From the NCBI RefSeq assembly GCF_006345805.1, contig NC_042999.1, forward strand, positions 68,696,001-68,760,000: a DNA stretch of 64,000 nucleotides, written 5' to 3'. The translations under genes were made by a program, and so were the position numbers. The notes beneath the pieces were generated by a model. The model was not told where the DNA came from and searched no databases. It saw only the letters and a program-made list of their open reading frames with translations. Below, one piece after another: positions 1 to 10,790 of this stretch (position 1 is its first letter; every line of letters starts with the position of its first letter). The stretch is from Octopus sinensis (taxonomy: Eukaryota).

Positions 1-168
1 AGTTATGCACTGGGGTCGATGTAATCGACTTAATCCGTTTATCTGTCCTTGTTTGACCCCTCTGTGTTTAGCCCCTTGTGGGTAGTAAAGAAATAGGTAT
101 TTCGTCTGTCTTTACGTTCTAAGTTCAAATTCCGCCGAGGTCGACTTTGCCTTTCATCCTTTCGGGGT
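1..168 (+). mobile_element. SINE-A fragment (tail 'alpha' followed by a restart of the SINE body)
   Basis: Matches other copies (4798-5030, 60634-61044): ...GTCGATGTAATCGACTTAATCCGTTT..GCCCCTTGTGGGTAGTAAAGAAATA|GGTATTTCGTCTG..GAGTTCAAATTCCGCCGAGGTCGACTTTGCC. Confidence 0.9.
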
Positions 169-249
169 TGAATATAATGCGTGTAAAAACGTATGCAATA
201 GGTGTACGTACGTACGTGTATGGGTGTGTGTTTTTCCCATGTCTATCTA

Positions 250-285
<36 letters not shown>

Positions 286-379
286 AAATTCAACGGATTT
301 CGCCCAAATTTGACGTCGATGTTACTTAGTTTGGTTTGAAATATAGAACTTGATTAGCTTAATAATCCAAACTTAATCC

Positions 380-482
<103 letters not shown>

Positions 483-860
483 TGTGTGCAGGAATCCTGG
501 TAACGAGTGCAATACATTCCTGAAAACCTTTCCGTAATGCTAGATTAATTTTTCCTAGGATATTCATATTCCGAAACGAAAATGTGTTTCAACGGCTTTT
601 TCTTCTTCTACTGAAGAAGAACACCAGAAAAGTAAACAGGGAGCTCGATCACTTGTACGCATAAAAATAACACATTTTAAAATATACGCAGTACATTATG
701 TATACATAATGACATTTTGAAGAGAAATGCGTTAAAGAATGGAAAAGAATCGTATTGTAGTAATAGGGTACGTTCTTAGCACAAAAGTGTTGATTATTGC
801 GTAAGAGTCAGTGGTAGTTGTTAAAAGTTTTACCGGGAAGATATATATTCTATCTTATAG

Positions 861-1102
861 TTCATGAACATTAAGATCTAATTGAGCGGCAAAAAAACAA
901 CTCGAAATTCTTTGATGTTTACGGCGCATCATGTCATTGTTCAGTGCTAGAACTGACGGCATTCTAAATTCTTCTAAATTTTATATTGCGTTCAATAACA
1001 TTTATGTTACGAGTTGGGACCAAAATGGCAGAAAAACAATTGGAAACAATACTACTGCACATACTAGGGTTGTTATCAGTGAAAACATGCAGACCTTCCT
1101 CT
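861..1102 (+). other. Candidate exon (speculative); ATG 1025 gives MAEKQLETILLHILGLLSVKTCRPSS
   Basis: Acceptor TATTCTATCTTATAG| at 860, donor CT|GTAAGT at 1103, Kozak-like CCAAAATGG, weak hydrophobic stretch; no homology recognised. Confidence 0.2.
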
Positions 1103-1190
1103 GTAAGTGCTAACGATTTTTCTATGCTCTTTATAGACACTCTAAGTGGAATTGGAGGGTATTTCTGTATTCTCTGTTCTTGTTCTAACA

Positions 1191-1240
<50 letters not shown>

Positions 1241-1284
1241 ATAGATATATATATATATATATATAGATATAGATATATAGGAGC

Positions 1285-1396
1285 TAAGTCGATTACATCG
1301 ATTCCGGTGTTCAACTGGTACATGATTTATCGACCCTCAAAAGGATGGAAATCAAAGTCGACATCGGCAAAAGTTGAACTCAAATTATCAGTCGCC
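1285..1396 (-). mobile_element. Degenerate SINE-A fragment
   Basis: Reverse complement of the SINE-A central domain (TTTATCGACCC..AAAGTCGAC..TTGAACTC). Confidence 0.8.
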
Positions 1397-1429
1397 ATGA
1401 TAGATCGTTAGCCATCACACACATTTTTT

Positions 1430-1602
1430 CTCCCCTTGTTTTTTTCTCTTCTATTTTTCTCTCCTTGTTTTTTCTGTGTCCCTTTCTGTAGAAAGGCGTA
1501 GGCTCGAAACGTAAAAGACTTTTTCTATTCCTGAGCGTTATACTAATAATCTGTTTGTTTTGTACACCACCTGTCTTCGTCTTTTGTTTTTTTCGTAAAA
1601 CT

Positions 1603-1606
<4 letters not shown>
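1430..1606 (+). mobile_element. (TA)n-anchored short repeat with hammerhead-like motif (Penelope pseudo-LTR-like)
   Basis: Homologous to 2590-2742; T-rich end abuts (TA)n 1607-1686; motif CTTT-CTGTAGA-..-GCTC-GAAA-CGT-A-AAAG. Confidence 0.6.
1482..1517 (+). ncRNA. Minimal type-I hammerhead-like motif, core CUGUAGA (A6 variant)
   Basis: Stem I CTTT/AAAG, imperfect stem II, GAAA, palindromic ACGT stem III, GUA triplet. Confidence 0.5.
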
Positions 1607-1689
<83 letters not shown>

Positions 1690-2589
1690 TAACATACCCT
1701 TGCAAAAGTGTCGTAAGTCCAAAACGTTACTTTTTCAGAAAACCAAAAAATCGTTTCAACATTCAATTTCTTTTTACATTAGCAACAGTTTCTGCTTAAC
1801 AATAATACTTTGTTGGCTGCATAAAATCGTAACTCCATGCATGTGTGATATTTTTCAGTCAAAAATATTTCTACAAAAATGTCTGATGTGGGACTTACTA
1901 CACTTTTGAAAAATGCCAAACTGTTGTACTACTCATTGACAGTCTTCATATCTTGGCATCTAAAGCAGTTGGATATGCGATAGTTTGACCAAAATAACTG
2001 GCTATTGCAAGCAAAATTAAATACTGAAAAAAATAAGCATTTGGCGAAATTTGGACATACGGCAATTTATCATAAAAGCAACGATGTGTAATGTAAAATT
2101 TTAGGCCTTATGTTAAAAAGCAGTATTTGGGCAGTCTACTCTATATACTTCCGCTGTGTGTGTGCGCGCGTGGACGTGTGTGAGAGTGTGGAGGTGTGTG
2201 CGTGCACGCGCTTGTATTTATGTGTACGTGGGTATGTGCGTACGTTCATGTGTGACTCTGTGTGCGTGTGTGTGTGTGTGTGTTTGAGCGTCGGTGAAAA
2301 GAAATAAACGATTAACTGATTGTGGGTGAGAGAATTAGTAAGCTGTTATATACCGAGATCATCGTTACAACCGACGAAAGCATCGGAAAAATTTTTGTGA
2401 TCTCATGACTAAGAAAGCAACTAATTAAATACAAGCGCACATCGAACACAGGAATGTCTTAGCGATATATAAATCTCCTTCAATATCATCCAACTATAAA
2501 AGACGAAAGGCCTACCACACAAAATTGTCTCTTGCATAATACCATCTATAAAAGTGTACGTGTACATACATAAAGACATATGCAGACTA

Positions 2590-2739
2590 TCTATCTCTCT
2601 CTTTACTTTCTCTTATTCCTTTCTGTTGAAGAGCGTAGGCTCGAAACCTAAAATACTTTCTCACTTTCTTGGGCGTCAAACTAATATACCTGCTTGTTGT
2701 TCATACACTTGTCTTCGTCTTTTGTTTTTCTATAAATTT

Positions 2740-2742
<3 letters not shown>
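2590..2742 (+). mobile_element. Second copy of the (TA)n-anchored hammerhead-bearing repeat
   Basis: CTTT-CTGTTGA-A-GAGC gtag GCTC-GAAAC at 2619-2653; ends at (TA)n. Confidence 0.6.
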
Positions 2743-2796
<54 letters not shown>

Positions 2797-2864
2797 GTAT
2801 ATGTGTGTGTATATATATACATATGTATATGTGTGTGTATATATATATATAACTATCGTAAATA

Positions 2865-3460
2865 TATGGGTAATGAATTAAAATAATTGATTACCAGTGA
2901 TTAGCATGCATAAATAAAAGTTTTGACATAACATATTTTTTCTAAGTAAGTGTATAAAATACTTTTATCCACAAAGAGGAGACTATTGACAGGACTCCTT
3001 ACATGCTAAAAAGGCTAGTTAACACCTAAACTACGAAAAAGAAAATTCATGAGGCTCGCCAATTAAAAGACCAGAACGAACAAAAAATGAATTAGTTAAT
3101 CCTGAACTCGAGTTTTGCTATTAATTGCCAAATAAACTAATTTGGAATCAGTAGCTCACCAGCGAAATCGCTAATTTATGAATAATTATTTAGTTGCAAA
3201 TACGTACCGACAACACGTGCGCAAGTCAGCTACATCTTTATCCATTTAAGGGTTCGAATTTAGTGCGTCAGCTTAAGTATATAGTCTAGCAGTACATAAA
3301 GAAATTTAAAACTGTGTCCTATATAACCCCCGAATTATAAATATTACAGTCGTAACTATGAAGGTAATAAATTTGAATAATTTATTACCAATGGTTAGCC
3401 TGCATAAATAAAAGTCATAAGATAACATATTTTTTAAATATAAAAGTGTATAAAATATTG
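2865..3460. repeat. Unclassified AT-rich dispersed repeat with a ~95-bp internal direct repeat (2870-2965 vs 3365-3460); relative at 8130-8270
   Basis: Shared blocks CATGCATAAATA..AACATATT..ACAGG..TTACATGCTA.AAA; the 2865 and 8130 copies each follow a (TA)-rich array. Confidence 0.6.
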
Positions 3461-3703
3461 TACACGAACGTGTGCTTAATAGTTCCTGGCTTGGTGTAAA
3501 AGAAAATGCAGGAGGATCATCAGTTAATTATGATTTTATTCAACATACACCCTTCTCAGATTCACATACTTATAGCAGCAGTTCTTCAGTTTTTCTCAGC
3601 CCTGTAAAAGAACTCAAAGGCTGGGCCTCCAACCAGGCCTTTCGCGATACCCTTAGAGCCATTAACTTTTCAAAACCCCGTCGTATACACACACACACAC
3701 AAA

Positions 3704-3781
<78 letters not shown>

Positions 3782-3794
3782 CGAGGTAAAGCTC

Positions 3795-4057
3795 CTGAGA
3801 ATGCGGAAATTTTTATAAGACCTTTATATTTCAGGCCCATCTTCAGAAGAGTAACACTGTGGGAAATGTCCAGTTATGCAGATTCCGTTAACCAATTCAA
3901 ATCCTGTTGCGTTATGAATCTCCTTCAAAATCTTCGATAACAACAGGAGATTTGAATGGGACCTGCATAACTGGACATTTCCCGTACATTTTTTTTCTGA
4001 AGATGGGCCTTTTGTACCTGAAATATAAAGACTTTATAAAAACTTGCGCATTGTCAG
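3795..4057. mobile_element. Fold-back (MITE-like) element, ~115-bp imperfect inverted arms
   Basis: Arm 3795-3909 is the reverse complement of 3941-4057 (e.g. CCCATCTTCAGAA/TTCTGAAGATGGG; GGGAAATGTCCAGTTATGCAG/CTGCATAACTGGACATTTCCC). Confidence 0.85.
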
Positions 4058-4119
4058 AAGATTTCTATTATCCTTCCGTTTATATTCATCGATATTATAA
4101 TTATTTAAGCGAACCACGG

Positions 4120-4520
4120 GGCCTTATACATACATACATACGTACGTACGTACATGCATAAATACATATATACATACATGCACATATATACGCATATATA
4201 CACATATACCCATACATATACATATATATGCATATATATATATATAAACATACATATATATACACATATATATGCATGTATATATATGTATACATATATA
4301 TTCATATACATACATATATATATATATATATACATACATATATATATATATATACATGTATATATATATAAACACACACACCTATATATATATATATATA
4401 TATATAATATATCTACGTATATATATAAACATATATATATATACGCATATATACATATACATACATACTTCAGACATGCTTATATGCATAGATACGTATG
4501 AATATATGCATGTACATATA
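4120..4520. repeat. Compound (TA)/(CA)/(TACA) microsatellite field
   Basis: Seen directly; accounts for the YI/CV-rich ORFs. Confidence 0.95.
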
Positions 4521-4797
4521 TATGTGTGTATGTGTACGTATATAGTAATCGGGAGAAATTACATAGGAGTTACATCACAGTTTAGTAAGTGCCAATGCAC
4601 GAACATTAAGGCTCTTGACTCACTTCTGCTGATTAATAACATATACCTATCTCTCTGTCTCTATCTCTATATACATAAATATATATAAATGCACATATGC
4701 ATGCCTACACACATACACACATGCACACAGATACACACACACACATACATGTAGGAGGGATAAAGCTGAAAACGCCTTTAATGGTAGACCTGTCCAT

Positions 4798-5030
4798 GGC
4801 GGCGAGCTGACAAAAACATTGGCACGCCGGGCGAAATGCGTTGCCGTATTTCGTCCGCCGCTACGTTCTGAGTTCAAATTCCGCCGAGGTTGACTTTGCC
4901 TTTCATCCTTTCGAGGTCGATTAAATAAGTACCAGTTAATCACTGGGGTCGATGTAATCGACTTGATCCGTTTGTCTGTCCTTGTTTGTCCCTTCTGTGT
5001 TTAGCCCCTTGTGGGTAGTAAATAAATAGG
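4798..5030 (+). mobile_element. SINE-A, full length, alpha tail
   Basis: tRNA-like head (GGCGGCGAGCTG..), B box GAGTTCAAATTCC, central GGTCGACTTTGCCTTTCATCCTTTCG domain, tail GTCCCTTCTGTGTTTAGCCCCTTGTGGG. Confidence 0.92.
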
Positions 5031-5328
5031 TAGGCCTGTCAGTCTTGGCTGGCATGTGTGCCAAACAACAGAAAGCGACTTTGGGAACCTACACTACATT
5101 GATTACTAATGAAATTGCAAATACGTTTGCAGTGGTTATTGAATTTCTTAAACGCCCTGATCAATCAATCAATGTCGCATTTGGAATCGTAATCAACAAT
5201 AGATAGCTGTGATGTTTAAAGGCTATTGGAAATGATGAAAATAGGAAAACAAGACACCTATATATATATATATATATATATTACGTATGTAGGCAAGTAT
5301 ACATACACACATACATACATACATACAT

Positions 5329-5379
<51 letters not shown>

Positions 5380-5501
5380 CATGAATGGATGCATTTATAG
5401 AAAGGAAAAAGATGCGTTTACGGCACTTAGACGTGTGAGTGACGGTGTGTGTGCCTTAGAATGTGAGTGTATATATATATATATTATATATATATATATA
5501 C

Positions 5502-5547
<46 letters not shown>

Positions 5548-6495
5548 CATATATACATGTATATATATACATGTATATATGTGTATGTATATATTTATAA
5601 AAACATAGATAAATGCATGCATATATACATACCTATATACATACTTATACTTGCTGCAAAGCCATAGGCGAGCAACAAAATTATATATATATATATATAT
5701 ATAAATGTGTGTTACATGGAAAAGCATACAAATACACACGCACCCACCCAAACACACACACACAACACACACACACACACACACACAAATGATAGCCGAA
5801 TACAAAGTCTGTAAAAAAGAGGCATACAGGCATTTGGATTTGTAAATTCTATGTCGACGAATAGAATTCTTTACACGGAATAAATTAACGAGAAACGAAA
5901 GCATTGACATAAATAGTGACATTCGCCATTCACAATACATGTTCGTGCTAAGGCACGTAAACTTTAAAGAGGCACACACACACACACACACAAATATACG
6001 CACATATACATATATATATATACGTTGGTATCTGTACATATATACAAACATATATATATATATGTATAGTTTTATATATTTATATATATATATACAGAAA
6101 CAGGCATATAGGAACATACGTACATATAACACTCGTACGTACGGAGATCTTAGCATACATCATACGTTTATATTGGTATGAATGCATTTATTTAATTCAT
6201 GTTTATATACAAGAATGAGAATTTTCTTTAGGCTTTTGATGGTAAGCAATGACGAATAAAGGACGATTTCGGTTCAACAAAAGCCAACGCAATGTAAATT
6301 TTAGCTGTGAAAATTGCTCCAAAATTTACTGTAATGGCTTGGTAGAAAGCTCTGATGGGTAAGCATTTATATTCCTAAAAGCCGTTCCGATAATGGTCAC
6401 ATGTGGCATTTATTTATTTGATGTCGTGTTATTATGTACGTGTGTACATGTCCAACATCAAATCAGCTTGATTTTCTAACATGCCTAATGCCTCT

Positions 6496-6530
<35 letters not shown>

Positions 6531-7091
6531 TACGCACACACACACACACACACACTCTCTCTCTACCGTTCTCACAAACGATTCTCTCTCACTTCCTCTT
6601 ACTTTCCCCCTCTCTCACTCCCTCATGACATGGCGCTCTCTTGTACACATATGTACACGTATATATGGGAAGTTAATCATTCATGTGCAAACTGGAATGC
6701 AATCACGTATACAGAGGTGGATATGTGTGTCTGTGTGCGTGCGTGCGTGCGTGTGTGTGTATGTGTGTACACATATATGTATGAACGATTATATATGTAT
6801 GTGTGTATATAATTATACATATGTACGAATATAAATATACATATATACACAAACACACACACATATGTATATATGTATATATATATACATACATATATAG
6901 ATATAATTATATGTATATGTACTCATATACATGTATTCATATCAACAAATATATACAGGATATGCAATATAGATGTGTTTCTCTGTGTGTGTGTACTTTT
7001 ATGTGCGTGTGCATGTGTAGCTGAGTATATACGCACATATATTTATATATATATATATTTATCCACCTCTACCTATCTATCAGTCTATTTA

Positions 7092-7106
7092 TCTCTCAAG
7101 CTAAAG

Positions 7107-7198
<92 letters not shown>

Positions 7199-7268
7199 CT
7201 CAAGCTAAAGATCTATCTATCTATCTATCTCTCAAGCTAAAGATCTATCTATCTCTATCTATCTATCT
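7092..7268. repeat. (TATC)n array punctuated three times by CTCTCAAGCTAAAGAT
   Basis: Unit seen at ~7092, ~7197, ~7229. Confidence 0.9.
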
Positions 7269-7712
7269 ATATCAGTCTGTCCATTTGTGTGTTTGTCAGC
7301 CTTTCAGTAGTGTGTGTATGTATGTGTGTTTGTGTGTCCGTTTATCTGTCTATCTGCCTATGTGTAAAATTAAGTTACATAACCGTCGTTTCAAATTTTG
7401 TAAAATGAAATATATGTGGATATTTGACTGTTTGAAAAGAGTTCATCGTAATTAGTTATTCTCACCCAAGTAATTATACATCGAAAGATGTGGCACACTT
7501 TAGAGAATTCCAGATCATATTAACACACACATACTCACGCGCACATAAGCATACACACAAAGATATACACAGACACACGCAGACATCACAAACACATGCA
7601 TACAAGAGCTTCTGTGACCTTAGAGAGGTGAGTATATGCATGCACTCATGTGTATATCTGCATCTCTATGTATGTGTATATATATATATATGTTTGTGTG
7701 TGTGTATACACT

Positions 7713-7942
7713 CTATTTCTTTACTACCCACAAGGGGCTAAACATAGAGGGTACAAACAAGGACAGACAAACGGATTTAGTCGATTACATCGACCCCAGT
7801 GCGTAACTGGTACTTATTTAATCGACCCCGAAAGGATGAAAGGTTAAGTCGACCTCGGCGGAATTTGAACTTAGTACGTAACGGCAGACGAAATACGGCT
7901 ACGCATTTCGCCTGGCGTGCTAACGTTTCTACCAGCTCGCCT
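7713..7942 (-). mobile_element. SINE-A, full length, alpha tail
   Basis: Reverse complement of the SINE-A consensus. Confidence 0.92.
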
Positions 7943-7991
7943 CTGGCACTCTCTCCATCTCGTTCATACATATAAGAATATGTTTGAATAT

Positions 7992-8046
<55 letters not shown>

Positions 8047-8048
8047 AG

Positions 8049-8079
<31 letters not shown>

Positions 8080-8521
8080 GGGTAGCGAATATTCGTTATA
8101 AAATATCACCACCAGTGGCCTGGCATGCATAAATAGTCAATAGACAACATATTCATATTTTAAAATAGAGTACATTTAAACACAAAAGAAAATTACCTTT
8201 TAACAGGTAATTTTTACATGCTAGAAAAAGCAGCCAACACGGCCAAAACAACAATTAAATAGCAATTTTCAAAGGAAATGAAAAATAAAAACTTTTACCT
8301 TGTTATTTTTATTTGCGGTTATACAATGATTTCAAATTTCTTTACAAATAAAATTATCTGCCACCCTTTAATAGGTAATTTAACAAACAATATTATCCGC
8401 CACGCGAATTCTCGTCAGTAACCGACCTCAATAACTAACTTATAATTCAGAGACAAGATAACAGGTGCTCCATTATTATATGTTATAATTTTTCAAAATT
8501 CCGCGGAATTTTGTTCAAACA

Positions 8522-8652
8522 AGGCGTAGGCATGACCGTGTAGTAAAAATATTGCTTCCCAACCTCATAGTTCCAGGTTCAGTACCACTGCGTGGCAGCT
8601 TAGGTAACAGTTTTCTAGTTTAGCTCCGGGCAAACTTTTATGAGTGGATTTG
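8522..8652 (+). mobile_element. SINE-B 5' half (tRNA/CORE-like), interrupted by the Tx1 LINE
   Basis: ..TTGCTTCCCAACC..GGTTCAGTACCACTGCGTGGCA..GAGTGGATTTGG, then LINE sequence. Confidence 0.85.
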
Positions 8653-10498
8653 GGAAACGGACCCGAGCAAGGAGGATGAAATAGGGAATTTCAGGCCCAT
8701 AACTCTGCTGAACACAGAGTTAAAGATTTTGGCCAAGGTAGTAGCGAAAAGGTTGGCGTGGGTCGTGCACAGACTTGTAGTGGAAACGCAAACTTGCGCT
8801 ATCCCGGGCAAGACGATCCACGACAATCTCCACGCTACTCCTTAGAGAGTGGTGAAGCTTTCTGGCACAGGGGGCACTGGAACATTTGATAGGGTCGACC
8901 ATCGGTACTTGGCGGCGGTCCTCGAGAAGGCTGGCCTGGGCCCGACCTTCCGCGGTTGGATTGCTGCGTTGTACAGCGACATCGAGTCTGTCATAAAAGT
9001 GAATGGTTTCCTTTCGAAGCCATTCAGGATCGAGCGCTCAGTGCGTCAGGGATGTCCCCTGTATCCGCTCTTGCATGTGTGTTGGCTCTCGAGCCATTAA
9101 TGCGGAAGTTGGAGGCAATAGGGGGCGCATCGCATGATGTATGGTGTGGAAGAGGAGCAACGGCATATGCGGATGACATCTCTATCATCGTAGCGGATGA
9201 GGGCCATTGGTGGAAGAAGCTATAAAATGTTACGAGGCGGTGGCAGGAGCAAAGGTTAACAAGGACAAGTCGGTCGGTTTGCAACTCGGCACCTGGAGGG
9301 GCGAGCCGATGCCGTCCAATAACGTGGTGGGGCGTTGGACGGAAGGTCCTGTTAAGCTGCTTGGAGTCTGGTTTGGGCCAGGCCTCCGGATAGAGAAAAC
9401 TTGGAGTGAAGCAGCCAGCAAGGTGACTGCTCTAACCCAGACCTGGTCTGGGCGGGTGTTGTCCTTGCTAGGAAAGACGGATGTGGTGCAGATGTTTATT
9501 ACCTACTGCCTGACCGTGGTTCCTTGCCCCGATTTGTGGCTGAACAAGTTGGAGAGAATCTTTTTCCGCTTTTTGTGGAAAGGAGGAAAGCCACTTGTGA
9601 AGCGCTCTGTCTGCTGCCAGAAACCGCAAAAGGGTGGGCTAGGGATACCTTGGCTGAGGATGAGAAAAATCGCGTTAAGGTTGAGGCACCTTTGGCTTTA
9701 CCTGGATGGAGAGCAGATGTGGTCACCGCACGTCCGGTTCTACCTTCCACAGTTAACGTCCTTAACGGACATTGGCAACTGGATCAAGCAGAGACCTAGG
9801 CTGGGGGACTGGCAATTGGAGTATCGTCAGGCACTTCAGCTACTCTCTCGGGCGGGCAATGCCGGCAATAGGAGCTCCGCCGCGGATTTTTATAGCGGGC
9901 TAGTGGAAATTATGTCCGAAGACGCCTTGGGAGAGACCCTAGGCTATGATGAAAATCAGTTGATCGACCTGTTCAGGAGAACTTTCGAGCCGGGGTACCT
10001 GGATAATTACCAGAAATCTCTGGCTTGGCAGTGCTTCCGTGCGGCATTACCTGTTCGTGATAAACTGTCAAGGCATGGAAGTGCCGTCTCGCCGACATGT
10101 CCGAGATGCGGGCGGGACAGGGAAACGGTCTTGCACGTATTTATGGACTGTCCGGAATTAAAGGGACTGATAACTTTCACAGAACAACTGTTATCATCGA
10201 TGGGAAGAGTGCAGCTATCAGCTGAGTCTATCATCGATATTGTTCCTCCTTCTTCCCTTAACAGGGAAAGGAAGGCTTGCTTTTTCTGCGTAGTAGCCAT
10301 ACTGACGAAACAGTATGGAAGACGAATGTGAGAGGCATAGTGACGGGTAACTTTGTATCTGGCCAGGGGTTGGTTAACTATTTTAGTTAGCACCTCAGTA
10401 GTAAGATCAGGCTGGAGAAGAGGTACCAGTCACGAGATAGATTCATGAAAAGATGGAAGCCTGTGGCAAGGAAGCTGGGAGCAATTGCCTCCAGGTAA
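8653..10498 (+). pseudogene. Frameshifted ORF2 reverse transcriptase (L1/Tx1 group)
   Basis: Homology runs through at least 4 frames (ORFs 8849-9100, 8956-9225, 9207-10331, plus pieces at 8660-8820 and 10330-10498). Confidence 0.92.
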
Positions 10499-10790
10499 GT
10501 GGAGTCCAAAATAAAAAAAAGAAATTGAAAGAGAAAGCAGGGGTTCTACCCTGGTGGTCGGATGCCTTTCCTTCAAGGATGTCATTGCAAATCGCAATGA
10601 GTAACATGTTATCATGTAATTGGTAATTAGTAATTTGTAATTTGTAAATAGTAATTTGTAATTTTTAAATTGTATCATAAATTTATCATCATAAATTTTT
10701 AAACGTTATAGCAGCTACTACACCTTTTTATGTTTGTCCTTGTTCGTCCCCTCTTTGTAATGCCTTCTTGGTAAATTTTATGAAATAAAG
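8653..10790 (+). mobile_element. 5'-truncated L1/Tx1-type non-LTR retrotransposon (ORF2 remnant + 3'UTR)
   Basis: RT motifs NFRPITLLNTELKILAK, FDRVDH, SVRQGCPL, YADDI; C-terminal CPRC..ETVLHVFMDC zinc knuckle; GC-rich versus flanks. Confidence 0.93.

Noticed and set aside
3472-3680. Protein-like ORF SSWLGVKENAGG..FSKP
   Set aside because: No recognisable homology, weak acceptor, no donor before the (CA)n
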